NCBI GenBank assembly: GCA_043228905.1 | Contig: JBHGNT010000010.1 | Span: forward strand, 1,302,001-1,366,000 | DNA length: 64,000 nucleotides | Source: Azolla caroliniana | Lineage: Eukaryota; Plantae; Polypodiophyta | Direction: 5' to 3' | Part shown: positions 11,859 to 24,600 of the stretch, in pieces | How positions within the stretch are numbered: position 1 is the stretch's first letter | Layout: the number at the start of each line of letters is the position of its first letter | Program-made: the position numbers and the translations under genes | The notes under the pieces: generated by a model | The model's input: only the letters and a program-made list of their open reading frames with translations | Databases searched by the model: none | What the model was told of the DNA's origin: nothing

Positions 11859-12373
11859 ACGTTGTATGCAGTGGTTCATGAACCCGTTCAAAGAACCGGA
11901 GGAACAACAGACCTAGAGAACCAGAGAAGGATCGGGGACTAGTGAATGTCCTATGACAACAAAGCCGGTACCACCGGGTACTAGTGGATGACCCAACGAT
12001 ACTTGGTGCGGTGAAGACGCTCAGGCCGTAAAAAATGAAAAATGAAAATGAAAATTACAAGAAGAAGAAGAAGATATTATTCGAGATTTTGAACGGTCAC
12101 AATGAAAAAGTGTGACGTTAGCCCATTTAAAGCGCACCACGTGGCATAATCATGCTATTATGATACACGATGTGCATGTGCGGGAATCAAGAAGTGATGG
12201 ATACAAAACATTAGGGCACAAATCTTCCAAACAAATGAAGGAGTTTCATTTCGTGAACGAAAGATTATGAGGGAACAATAGAGAGAGTAGGCTTCCGGAA
12301 AAGCACAAGCAAGTTACAAAGCAGAAGCACCCAACCGTAGCAGCAAAGTCGACGAACTTCAAGAAAAGACCCT

Positions 12374-14860
12374 ATGGCACTATCGACGACCACTAGAGAT
12401 TGGCTCAGCAAGCACGACCTTGAGGGATTCATCTGGGTGGTTGAAGCACCAGCACACGAGAAACCGGAGAAGGTCGTAGCAACGATTCATCTCGACGAGC
12501 TCTCCGAAGGAATATTGTAGGCCCTCATCGGATTACCCTCTGGAGGTTTGTGCTCCATTGAGAACCCCTCCATCGAAATACTGACAGATTATTTTGGGGA
12601 GTTCTCAATAGCAAGCAAGGCAAACTCGACATAGGGCGGTGAAAATCTCCTGTTCGGGGAAGTGGCTTGGGTGTTGTTCGAGTACAGATCAATTCATCCC
12701 TAAGCACTCGCCATGCCGAAGAAAAGAGCCGGTTTCATCATTGTCACATTTGAAGGCCTTAAGGTGGATTGGCCGGTGATAGTGGCTGACTCACTATGGG
12801 CGGGAATCGCGTCCGTAATGGATGGGAAGAAGGCATGGGGCGGATTAGCACAATGGCAAACGATATTGTTACCCCCGACACACACCATCAAGCCGAAGAA
12901 GCGAGGGTGACCGGAGATCATGCCCAAAAAATCATCCAAACGGCAACAACTCCTAGCAAAACACAACCTTGGATGGACAACAGGGGAGTCGTCTCGGCGG
13001 GAAGAAGAAGTTCTGGATACTCGGCGATAGGAGTCGGTGGAGAAAGTTCCGGAAAAGACGACAAAACCGATCAAGATAAAGCTGCGCCGGCATGATAGAG
13101 ACTAGGAGGAATTGGTATACAGGGTAAACCAGGAAACTGCAGAAGAGGAGGCTGAAGAAGAACCAATCGAAACCGTCCAGCATCGCCCAAGGAAGCGTGA
13201 CAGTGAGCAATAGGAGGAAGGATCGGGCCTGGAGAGGGACAATACACCAATTTCCCACTTAGCGGTGGGTGAACCCAAACCGGAAATGGAGCCAACCAAC
13301 AAACTAGAAGCAATGAAGACGTTTCAACCGGAACCGGAATTAGAAGCACGTACATCACTAGGTCTTCTAAGGCAACAACAACAAGATGAAGACCGACCAG
13401 AGCAGACACCGAAGCATGAGGAACCGGTTGCACAATGGCTCAGGAGCTAGTATAGTAGTTCGTTGTACTCACACAACATGGAACCTGCCGACAATGGTTA
13501 GAATGGCTTGGGAAGAAGGTATCCGGTGTGGCTGACCGGATGGATGAAGAACAACGGGTGGAGCGGAGACAAGTGGAACAATTGCTGACAACAATTGAAG
13601 AATTGGATAAGGGCCGAAATCAGATTTGGAGCCTGGAGGAGAAGCTGACAAGGGCCAAGGAGTTTGGGGTCGTTATGTAAAAAATGGGCCAAAACACAAG
13701 CTCCGGAACAGAGACGGTAGAACTAGTTTACAAAAGAAAGCTCCGGAAACGGATGTAGAACCGGTGGCCAATACAACCCCAGAAAAAAACACTGAGCAGG
13801 AATGGAAAATGCAAACATTAAGGGAGGAATTAGCCGCTCAAGAAGAATGAAGAGAGCGAGAAAGAGAACAGAAGAAGACAATAGGAAGAGAAATGGAGGA
13901 CTGAGGAATGTCTCCAAAAGAGTCAAGCCAACAATGACCAATTGAAGGAGGAAAGAGAGAAGCTGCAGCTGCTGCAGGAAAAAGACAAGCTCCGGAGGAT
14001 GGCCGAAACGAAGATAAAGAGGCTGAAGGAAGAGATCTAGCAACAAAAGGATCAGGAAGATCGGGCGCACTCTCAAATCAACCGCCGCCTAAAGCCGAAA
14101 ATGAAAGACTTCAAGAAGCTACATAGGGATCATAATCAACTCGAAGCGGAACATAAGAAGCTAGGGTTGGATTATGACCGACAACAAGAAAAGCTTAAGG
14201 AGGTTCGGACGGAGCTGAAAGAAAAACCGAGGCGCTAAAAAATCAAGGTAAAATGATGGCTGAGATGACGACGAAAGAAAGAGCGAAACTGCAATCGAAG
14301 CACTATGAGGAAGTGCAACGGGCAAAGATGGTTTTGGGTTGCAAACGACCTACCATACCCAATTTATAGAGTACGACGTATAGGCAAAGGAGACCACCGA
14401 ACTCATCAAGCAGCTCAAGAACGAGGAGGCCACAGAGGAAAGTACGAAGCTGAACATCAAAAGAATCTAGATGATTGTCGAAGCATGGAGGGACTGGACG
14501 AAGACAAAGATCGAAGATTGTTCATCGTCGGTATGGAATGAATGGTCCCGACAATCGATGAAACTCCAGATACTCTAGGTTGATGCAGAAAACCGGAAAA
14601 AGGTCGGCGACAATTTCAACAAGATGGATGAGAAAAGCATTGTCACCATCCGAGAGGAATTGGCGGATGTTTTTGCCTTGGCCAAAAATCACCGAGACGC
14701 TATCCAAAAGCTCATCGAAACGCTAGAAGACGATCAACTCGACATGCAACTGCAATTCGAGCAATACGAGGGGGAGCGAAGGCGGAAAGAAGCGGATGCC
14801 ATAAACATCAGTGATGAAGAGAAAGCAACGGAGCCACGACCACAACCACATCTGAATTAG
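12374..14860 (+). pseudogene. Decayed accessory ORF of G: globular N-terminal part, low-complexity linker, long E/K/Q-rich coiled coil
   Basis: ORF fragments 12713, 13265, 13626 and 14624 linked through stops and frameshifts; purine-rich codon pattern; resembles the extra ORFs of Tat-group elements. Confidence 0.55.
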
Positions 14861-14882
14861 CAGTCGAAAGTAGCCGGAATGG

Positions 14883-16145
14883 TGTCGTAAAGATTTTCGC
14901 CAACGGTGTGAAAATTGAATGGAATGTACAAAATCGAGTGTGGTTCTTCACACACAACATAAAACAATAATAGTGAAGATACTATTTTATACTATTTTAA
15001 TATCTTGGTACAAAAAGATGGAGGTCTTCAAGAGCTTCCGAATGTACTTTACTACATTTAAAACGGACAACTAAATGTCAAGTTATGTGAATGTGAAGTT
15101 TGAGAAGAAGAAGAGAAAAACAAAATTTTGAGATATCCTACATAATTAGGACAACATCAGGATTCAAGTGTATATAAGTAGAGCCATATCTCTTTATATT
15201 TCATCTATGAGCTAGGAGCACAAAAAGGTTTGGTTGTATAACTTGGATGAATGGATGCGGCCAAGTTATTCAAATAGTGTTTTGGACGGAGCCGGACTTG
15301 GATGGACGATGACGGAACCGGAGCCGGAACCGGACGGACGGCGATGGAACCGGAACCGGATGGCGATGGAACTTGGACCGGATGACGACGGATCCGGGAC
15401 CGGACGACACTGGAACCGGACTGGATGGACTGGATCATTGGGTCGGATGCGGATCGGATGGACCGAGTCAGATGTGGAACCGGATAGACGGGTCGGTCGA
15501 GTAGATTTATCGCGACGCACGAAGTCTTGAAGTTTTCTAGTTCTTTGGAGGTCAAGTGAAGGTGTAATATGCACTTAAAAATTTGTAAAAACAAGACTAA
15601 AAAGCCTAGTAAAAGAAATTTTTTTATACAAAGGGGCGCAAGTCCGAAATTGAACCTTGCACCTCCAAGTTGAAAGTCAATAGGCTTACCACTAAGCCAA
15701 GTCATATCTTCAAAAGCTTTATTTTGATCATTTTACATGTAAATTCTCATACATGAGAGCTTGAATGAGTGACATGGTTATCATGTAACACATGTAATAC
15801 ATGAGCACCAAATGGCAAACATGCATCTCATGCATGTCTTGCAACCTCACAAGCATCATATGCATGGGGGCATCTATAAAAGAGTGGATGGAGAGGAGAA
15901 ACGGGCTATGTATCCATCAAGAAATTATGAATTTAATAAGAAGAAAATTCGTTATCCCATTTTTGTGATGTATTAATCTTGTCTCTCATATCTAAAGTCA
16001 AGTGTTCTATCTTATCTCAATCTCTCTCTTTCAATCTATCTTAAATACTTTCTCGTTGAAGCTAGTGCAAACTTAAAATCCTTTTGGTCCAGAACCCCGG
16101 CGGTTCCGCCTCACGATCCGCACGTAGTGATGGATCTTCACGACA
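14883..16145 (+). mobile_element. Solo LTR C (1263 bp) related to family B
   Basis: TGTCG...CGACA termini; flanks ATGG/ACGG (4-bp TSD, one C>T); GCATCATATGCATGGGGGCA-TATA block at about 15853-15881 matches the reverse complement of the B LTR core promoter. Confidence 0.85.
15285..15495 (+). repeat. GC-rich low-complexity repeat (GGAACC/GGATG/GACGG units) inside solo LTR C
   Basis: Repeated GGAACCGGA, GGACGG and GGATG words. Confidence 0.75.
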
Positions 16146-16794
16146 ACGGAGCAAACGGTGAAAGCCGAAAATGAAAGGGAAGCTAGAACATATCAGTCAG
16201 AGGTTGGAACTAACAACAGTAGAATGAAGAACCTATTTTGGACATACTTGACGAACAATGAAGGAGCTAACCTGTGGGTTCAACGTGCAATTCACTGTCC
16301 CACGGGCGTGCCATGTGTTGGCCGGAGTATGATCCAGAGGATAAACGTGGAAAGGGATGAGCTAGATATTATAATTAGATTAATTATTAATTAGAAATAT
16401 TATAGGAACTGACAGATCCAGAATAGTTGTACCGATCTGGATCCGGACCGATTGAGAGCCGATAACTGGCAAGGCACCGTTTTGTATTTCCAACCGGATG
16501 CCTATAAAAGGATCCGGGAATCGATGTAATTAGTAGCGGAAATAATACAAGTTTGAGCGTTCTACTTTAATCCTATTGTGTCTCTTGCTTACTTGCCGTT
16601 CTGCGCTTTCATTCATAATCATAAGCATGTTTTCATTAATTGGGTGTATATTAATCATTTGGGGAGTATCTGGAAAATACCCAGATTCAAATCAGATCTG
16701 TGTCGGATAACATCATTTCTTAAACCACCCTTTGGTGAAGTGTTCGAAACGGACACCCCTATGCTTGTGGCTATCTCCAGCCCAGAGTAAACAC

Positions 16795-17220
16795 TATATA
16801 AAACCTTTACCTATATAGAATAATTTGAGGAGGTCTATGGTTGGGATTTTGATCATATACTATGTGGTGAATGTTTTAGTTTTTTTCATTTTTTATGCAT
16901 TTCCAAGAAACTATAATGTCTATAGAAACAGTTGATGAGTTCTATGTTTGGCATCTGGCTGTAAACTCGACTTTCCTTTTACATAAAACCTTAACCTATA
17001 TAGAATCATTTGAAGAGGTTCGGATTTGGATCATATGCTATGTGGTGAGTGTTTTACTCTTCTCCAAGAAACCCTAACCTATATCTTATTATTTGACGAG
17101 TTATGTCACTGTAAAGTTGTCTTTTTCTTCTACATGAAACCTTAATCTATGTTGAATCATGAGGAGGTTTAAGGTTGGGATTGGTCATGTGCTGTGTGGT
17201 GTTTGCTTTAATGTTTTTCA
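16795..17220. repeat. Degenerate tandem repeat, about 170-185 bp period, with AAACC(T/C)TAACCTATA subunits
   Basis: AAACCTT..CTAT...GA(G/A)GAGGT...GGAT...TCATAT...TGTGGTG recurs at about 16800, 16986 and 17137. Confidence 0.7.
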
Positions 17221-19156
17221 ATTTATACTCATGAATAATGTTCCATTTATACTCTAAATTGCATATAATTTTGTGTATATTTTTCTTTAATAAGACTTAT
17301 CCATAGCATGGCAACTACTTTAAATAATACACGTCGTATTAGCCATGCATTTTAGAAGTGGTGAACCACAAAATTGAAATATTCCTCGATCTCCCATTGA
17401 GATGGGAGAATAAATACATGTGAGTTGATAGAGCAATGTGGTTGATGCTATGAGTTCATATAAGAACATGTGACGGTAATTAAAGTCCCACGACTTGATA
17501 TTACCAAATCTAGCCATATTAATTGTTTGTGAATATCAAAGTCTTGATAGGTCCCATTGTATATCTAATGTAGCTAGGTGGATGCAATTTATATTGATTT
17601 CTCTTATAAAGCGGGGACACTTTGGATACGGTTTTTACAAGCTTTTGAATCTGGTAAGAGAAAACTCATATTGAAATATGATGTAAGTTTCTTTTCTCTC
17701 TTCCAAGAGAATTACTCCATCATTACAATATATACTTGGAGCAATATAAGCATTTTAGTAGCTTATGTCTTGTATTTTGTTTCAAGCTTTATCATTGATT
17801 TTTAGTTTCAGGGTGGTTAATAGGTTGTGTGCAGAAGTACTAAAGGAATTTGTTGAATTGGTTGGGCCCAATATGAGCGGATTGATGGAACAAATGATGC
17901 TTCAAAATTAATAAGGCTGAATTTCAAAAAACAATGGTGTACTACACCGATGGCTGCAAAAATTAGAGCGGATATATGATAGCAGTACGTAGTACCGAGA
18001 TGGCTATTCCCCCCTCCCATTAGATGATAGAGGAGCGTGAATGACACGAGAAACATGGATAACAAACATGTGGGCTATTTAGTGTAAGATAAATAAGTGA
18101 TGTAGCCCATATGGAAGTAGGTAATGTTTAAAGTTGTGTATTGTATGTCATTTAAAGTAATGGAGTATACTCTTCTTTGGAAAAAAAGAAGTAATAAAGG
18201 AATTGCCTAGGTCTTCAACAAATGTGACATGAGCTATGGGAAGGTTCAATATTCAAGTTCAAATCCTTAGGTTCTCAAGCAACATTATATTTGAAAAGCT
18301 TTATATTTCACACTATGGCAAACTCATGATTCTCGTAAAATACAATAAGCACATTCGTTGATAAAACACAATGTAAATCCACATAGAATGCTTATCAAGT
18401 CATATTCTAGGATCTCAACTATATGAAGTATATTTTATCTTTTTGAAGAGGGTACATATGAAATTTCAGTGTACGGGTTCACTCAATCCTGTTAGGCGTA
18501 AATATCTGCTATGCATTAAAAAGTTTAAACTTCAAGAATATTCGTTCTGTTATAGATTGTAATACCTAACATTCACATGTTTACCCTGAAGGGTTCAATT
18601 GGAGTACAATATTCTATGAAGCCAAATAAAGGTATGATGCAATTTTTCGGGAAAAAAATGTATGATGCAAGACCGCTTTTTAGACAAGCATGTGTTTCTT
18701 CTTGTGACAATTGGCTAGATCCCAACAATGTAGAGGACATCAATACCAAAAGATCTTTCATGTGGAATATAATTAATAATGACATGCTGTTGATAAATAA
18801 AAAGATGCATGGATTGACTGACAAAATGATGTTGAAGACCACTAAAAGATATTATATTAAAATATAATATGAAGTCATAAAAATGTATGATGCCTAAAGG
18901 TCGACACTCAACAAGCCCAATTACAATGTTTGGAAGTTCATGCCCTACAGGACAAAGGTATATTTTATAGATGAGTTTTTGACAAGGTGGGTTGTTTTAC
19001 TCTACACCAAAGTATTTATTTTAGCTGATAGTTAGAACTTAAACCTTGGTAAAAAAACAGGGGTATTACCTCTATGTATGTACATATTTCAAGTACAACC
19101 TAAGGGTGTTTTTACTACTTTGGTTTCTTTTTCTTAGAGAAGAAGAAGAAGAATGG

Positions 19157-19440
19157 ATGACACATTATACCATTTATTAGGTAAATATAGATTTTTGTCA
19201 TCTACTGCCAATTGATTAAAACTTAAGAACATAGAAAACTATCATACTAGAGACACGTTAGCAAAATAAATTTAACACAAGGTGGATATATCATGAAGGC
19301 AATAGTGGACGAGCAAAAAGTCATTGCAAGGGAGAGCAAAGCACATGTCAACACAACCCAAAGCGGTTAAAAAATGAAGTTGACGATGTTTTGCGTAGGC
19401 CAAAATTGAAGGAAAAACTATGTGTGGTCCTAAGGAGACA
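19157..19440 (+). repeat. Direct repeat copy 1 (about 285 bp); copy 2 at 55612-56180
   Basis: Near-identical sequence TAGGTAAATATAG...CTAAGGAGACA; ORFs 19272 and 56010 translate almost identically. Confidence 0.9.
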
Positions 19441-19689
19441 CCATGCAAAGAAAGCACATTACCAATTTACATGTGTTGATAGTACAAAGTGGTAGTCGTA
19501 GGTAAACTAACCACTATCATAGGTAGGGGGAGTTCCTTTCTCCAAATATTGGTCATGCCATTACATCCTTGTTTTCAACACCGTAGTTTTCATCTCCCAA
19601 AATTTGGTCGCACCTTTTTCTTCTTTTCACAATATTTTTGTCCCAACAAAACATCACACCTTCCCATGCTTATTTTCACGACCATAACA

Positions 19690-19692
<3 letters not shown>

Positions 19693-19728
<36 letters not shown>
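19693..19728. repeat. (CT)n microsatellite at the LINE 5' junction
   Basis: Direct reading. Confidence 0.9.
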
Positions 19729-19733
<5 letters not shown>

Positions 19734-20751
19734 ACCCTCTGTCACTGGGCTTAAGGAAGGTGCATCCCCAGACGAGAATGCACAAACACTTGGGAAAATG
19801 TTAGGGTACACAAAGGCCCTACCTGTAACCAAAGCCTGGAGGGCCGGACGTGACACAACTAGGAAGAGAGCCTTAGTCCTCCAATTTAAAGACTTAGACT
19901 CTAGAATCACTTTCTTTAAGAAGAGACCAATTCTTCGAGGATTGGGTGGGGACCCTATCTATCTCGATGAAGACCTCACTAAGATGCAAATTGAACATTG
20001 CAAGAGTTGTATGCCATGAGTTTTGCAAGCTCGTAAAGAAGGGCATCACACCTTTTACCGAGACGGGCGAGTGATCATAAATGATCGCACTACTAATGGA
20101 CAACGTGTGGCCCATGTGATAGAAAATACACTTAGGATGACCTTATGGAATTGTAACGGTGCACTCTAGACACACCCTGGTTTCCTAGAGGAGATATTAA
20201 AGGTATCAGATATACCTTTCTTGGTAGAAACACACTAGAGCCGAAATAGAGGACTTCCACGAGTCGAAGGATTCCGTTGGGAATCCGCTTTTAGACAAAC
20301 CTCACATCAACACACTTCCAGGGGATCTGGAGGTGTCACGATATTGTTTTGGAGAGAGCTACATAATAGGATAGAAATACCGAGGACAGACCCAAAAGCT
20401 AGTTTTATGTAGGTGAAAGTCTCTACAAGCAAGGACCGGGCAGTATTTTTTGCCATTTGTTACTTTCCCCCAAAAGGATTCCACTATAATATTGCTAGCT
20501 TGGCGAGATTAGTCGATGAAGGAATGCCACATGGGCCTTCCCCATACGAACCTCTATCAGATGACATAATCCGATATTCTTCCCAAGGAGAAGTATTCCT
20601 TGTAGGAGATTTCAATGCAAGAACCCAATGCCGACAATGCACAATATTTCAGATGAATAGAAACCTAGAAATGGTAAATGTTGATCCTTTAGACATAGGC
20701 ACCACACGTAGTTCAAAGGATCAAGGTGCGGACGCCACTAGCTTTGGCCAT
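19729..20751 (+). mobile_element. LINE (RTEX-like), segment 1: end of ORF1 and start of the APE endonuclease, decayed
   Basis: ORF1-type motif IYLDEDLT; endonuclease motifs WNCNG, LVETH, GGV and VGDFNART; cut by D at TSD GCCAT. Confidence 0.8.
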
Positions 20752-21050
20752 TGTCATGATATGGCAAGACTTGAACCCATGACCTTATGTTATATGGGTC
20801 GAGCTCTTGACCATTATACCATCTATTGTAATACGTAGGATATTATTTTCCTATTTTAAGTTTTATTGTAGGAAATTAATGTATATTCCAGATTTCTTTG
20901 GAACATTCTAGAAGCTTCAAGACTCCTCCTGAGAACACTATAAAAGGAGGCACAAGGCATTATGTTGAACCAAATTGGTTCAACGCTAGTCTTAAGCCTC
21001 ATAACCATCTTGTACTTACTCTTCCTATAATATATCATATGTTATCATCA

Positions 21051-21094
<44 letters not shown>

Positions 21095-21206
21095 CTCTTC
21101 TCTTTCCTCTCTCTCGGGAGTCTTACGCAATCCCGTCCTCTTAGTACTAATAGTACTTCCCTTCTCTGGTACTAATTCTCTCTCTATTTTAGTACTATTC
21201 TTGACA
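20752..21206 (+). repeat. D 5' LTR
   Basis: TGTCA...TGACA; TATA at 20939; CT-rich tract. Confidence 0.92.
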
Positions 21207-21605
21207 GTTTGAACCAATTTTCTCTAGTCTTCTTTTCGGTTTCCCTCATCCTCTTACCCCTTTTTTCCAATACTATGGCTACTGTTAGCGCCCAAGAATA
21301 TCAATCCTTTTTCTCTGAGCTATAGGGTCTAAAAGAAAAATTTGTTGCCTTGGAACAAGAAAACCAATGATTGTTAGGGGACCTTCAACAAATCACTCTA
21401 GAAAAACAACAAACGCAGCAACAACATGGGGCGTTAGCGTTACGTGTACACCAACTCAAAGCAACCATCGTAGTGTTGCAACAACAAGGATCAAGTCCCC
21501 AAGGATTTCATAAAGAGCCCAAGATTGGACTTCTTGTGAAATTCGATGGAATGCGATCGCAATTCAGGGGATTTCTTAATCAGGTACGCTTAGTCATTCA
21601 AATGC

Positions 21606-24600
21606 TGATGGAAATAATCGACACTTTCCAAACTTCACCTCTCGGCCACAACCAAGGAAACACACGAATCGTTGTTGCAGAAAATGGGTAATGCAAAAGG
21701 AAATAAGTGGACACACGATTTAACGTGGAAAACCCTGTACGGGAAAAAACCACGGGAGTACAAGACTCCGAACCAAAACTATGCACAGAGAAATATACAA
21801 TGGCGAGTTGCAAGGCGACGACCTTGAGCTCGCTGTCCTCGCCACAGGCGGCGGAATTACACAGAGGCGTCGACCTCTTCGTCTCTCACGCTCTATCTCG
21901 CTCACGGCTGCTCTCTCTTCACTCCTCTTGAGTGGAAAAACAGAAAAATGAGTAGCAACATCAAAACTGTTTGCCCTAAGTCATATTTATACACATATGA
22001 CTTTAGGGCTATTTACAACTATAGCCTCAAGGGCCCTTGGCAAACATATTCACAGATATGTCCCCACATCCGGATCTCTCTCCGGGTACATTCGTCGTCC
22101 GGCTCCGAAGTCGGGGTCTTCATCATCCGGTTCCGAAACCGCAACCGGGCTTGTCGTCATTCATCTCCGGACATCCGACCATCCCATCCGGAGGGACCGT
22201 AATCCCAACAAACTCCCCCTTCACTTCGGCATGGGATGTCTCTCCAATCCGATCCTCTTCCGGCATGCTTCCAGCTTGTCGGGTGTGAGCACCTTGGTCA
22301 GCATATCCGACCCGTTCTCGTCCGTGTGGATCTTCGTCAGCACGAACTCCTTGTCTTCTATCCTTTCTCGGATCCAGTGATATCTTCGCTGGATGTGCTT
22401 CGTCCGGGAGTGATAGGCCGCGTTCTTCGCAAGGTGGATTGCACTCTGACTGTCGCAGTAGAGTCGGTACTCCTCCTGCCGGATACCGAGCTCTCTAATG
22501 AAGTCCTTCATCCATATTATTTCCTTGCCGGCTTCAACAGCCGCCATGTACTCCGCCTCCGTGGTTGACAACGCAACCGTCTTCTGCAGCCTCGACTGCC
22601 ATGAAACAGCTCCCCCTGCATACGTCATCACATACCCTGATGTGGACCGGCTGGTATCTGCATCAGCCGACATATCCGAATCGGTGAAGCCGTCGAGTTC
22701 GGGCTTACCGGAGCCGAATCGGAGGCACACGTTTGTCGTGCCCTTCAGGTATCGGAGTATCCACTTGGCCGCGTTCCAATGCTCTTTGCCGGGATTGCTC
22801 ATGTACCGGCTCACCACTCCGACTGCATATCCTATGTCCAGTCGGGTACACACCATTGCGTACATCAAACTCCCGACGGCAGAGGCATATGGTACTTTCA
22901 TCATGTCCTCCTTCTCAGCCTTTGTCTTGGGGCTTTGCTTGCTGGACAACTTGCAGTTTGCCGGGAGGGGTGACCCGACCGGTCTTGCTTCCGACATGTT
23001 GAACCGGTGAAGCACCTTTGTCACGTACTTCTCCTGTGACAGCCACAACTGCTTCTTCTTCCGGTCCCGGATGATGTGCATCCCTAGTATTTGCCTCGCC
23101 GGACCCAGGTCCTTCATTGAGAAGGTTCAGTGAAGCGCTTTCTTCAGCATCCGTATCTTGACCTGGTCCCGTCCGACGATCAACATGTCGTCCACGTACA
23201 GGAGGAGTATTAGAAAGTCTCCTCCTTCGAACTTCTTCACAAACACGCAGTGATCGGACTGCGTTTTGTGGTACCCTTCGTCGGTCATGAAAGAGTCGAA
23301 CTTCCGGTACCATTGCCGGGGAGCCTGCTTCAGTCCGTAAAGGCTCTTCTTCAACCGGCATACCAGGTGCTCCTTCCCTTTCTTCTCGAATCCTTCCGGT
23401 TGCTGCATGTAGATCTCTTCTTCGAGGTCACCGTGAAGGAATGCCGTCTTCACGTCCATCTGTTCTACCTCGAGGTCCACGCTTGCCGCTATGCTCAGCA
23501 CCGTCCGGATGGAGGTCATCTTCACTACCGGGGCAAATATCTCGTCGAAGTCGACACCCTTCTTCTGCTGGAACCCCTTCACTACGATCCTGGCTTTGTA
23601 TCTCGGGGGGTTTCCGACATCTCCCGGTTTCAGCTTGAACACCCACTTGTTTCGAAGTGCCCGCTTTCCTTTCGGCAACTCCACAAGTTCATATGTGTGG
23701 TTCTCATGCAGGGAATCCATCTCCTCCTGCATGGCACTTAACCACCTGCGGCTATGGGTGTCATGCTTCGCTTCTTCAAAGCTCTCCGGCTCCCCCTCGT
23801 CGGTTAGCAGCACGTCCTCTGGTTCCGGAAATCTCCGGGGAGCCCTTCTCTCTCTTAGAGGATATCTCCGTTCCGGAGCTTCGGTAACCGGTTCTTCCGA
23901 TTCTTCTTCATCCGAATCCATTTCGGGATCGGGGCCAGTTCCGGTATCATTTTCATCTTCTTCGGCCGGTTCTGTTTCTTCACCGTCTTCGGCTGGATCT
24001 TCGAGTGTTAACCGGTCCCTTGCCGGTCGGGACTGCTCCTCGTAGAGTTTATCCTCACCGGTCGACTTGGAGCTCTTCATCTTCTTCTCCGACTCCCAGT
24101 CGGCGAGTGTCTTGTTCTCCATGAAGATGATATCACGACTCCGGAATATCTTCTTGTCGACCGGGTCCCATACTCGGTAGCCGAACTCGTCATCGCCGTA
24201 ACCGAGGAATATGCATGGCCGGGTCTTTGGATCTAGCTTTCCTCTCCGGTCCTTTGCCACATGCACGTATGTGAGACACCCGAACACCTTCAGATGCCGG
24301 TAGGATACTTCCCTACCGGTCCACACTCTCTGCGGCGTGTCTCCGTCCAAAGGCACTGAGGGTGATCTGTTTATCACGTATGTCGCCGTTGACATCGCCT
24401 CAGCCCAAAACCCCTTGGGTAATTCCGCATGCGCCAGCATACTCCGGACCCTCTCCATTATGGTCCGGTTCATCCTCTCGGCCAGCCCGTTCAGTTCCGG
24501 CGTCTTCGGCACAGTAAACTCGAGCCGGATTCCCTTCGAGCGACAGTACTCCGCGAACTGCCCCCGGTATTCCCCTCCGTTATCTGCTCGTATCGCTTTC

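Larger units (their letters stand above)
11859..16712 (-). mobile_element. Remnant G of a Tat/Ogre-like LTR retrotransposon (5' LTR, tRNA-Arg PBS, opposite-strand accessory ORF)
   Basis: LTR-like 16316-16712 (TGTTGGCCG...CGGATAACA); GTCCCACGGGCGTGCCA at 16297-16313 resembles the tRNA-Arg(UCU) 3' end, 2 nt from the LTR; other end not in the window. Confidence 0.62.

Noticed and set aside
15205-15705. Pro/Ser-rich ORFs in solo LTR C
   Set aside because: Translations of a low-complexity repeat
17220-19150. Short ORFs in AT-rich DNA
   Set aside because: No motif, splice pattern or terminus I could support; may be very old TE debris
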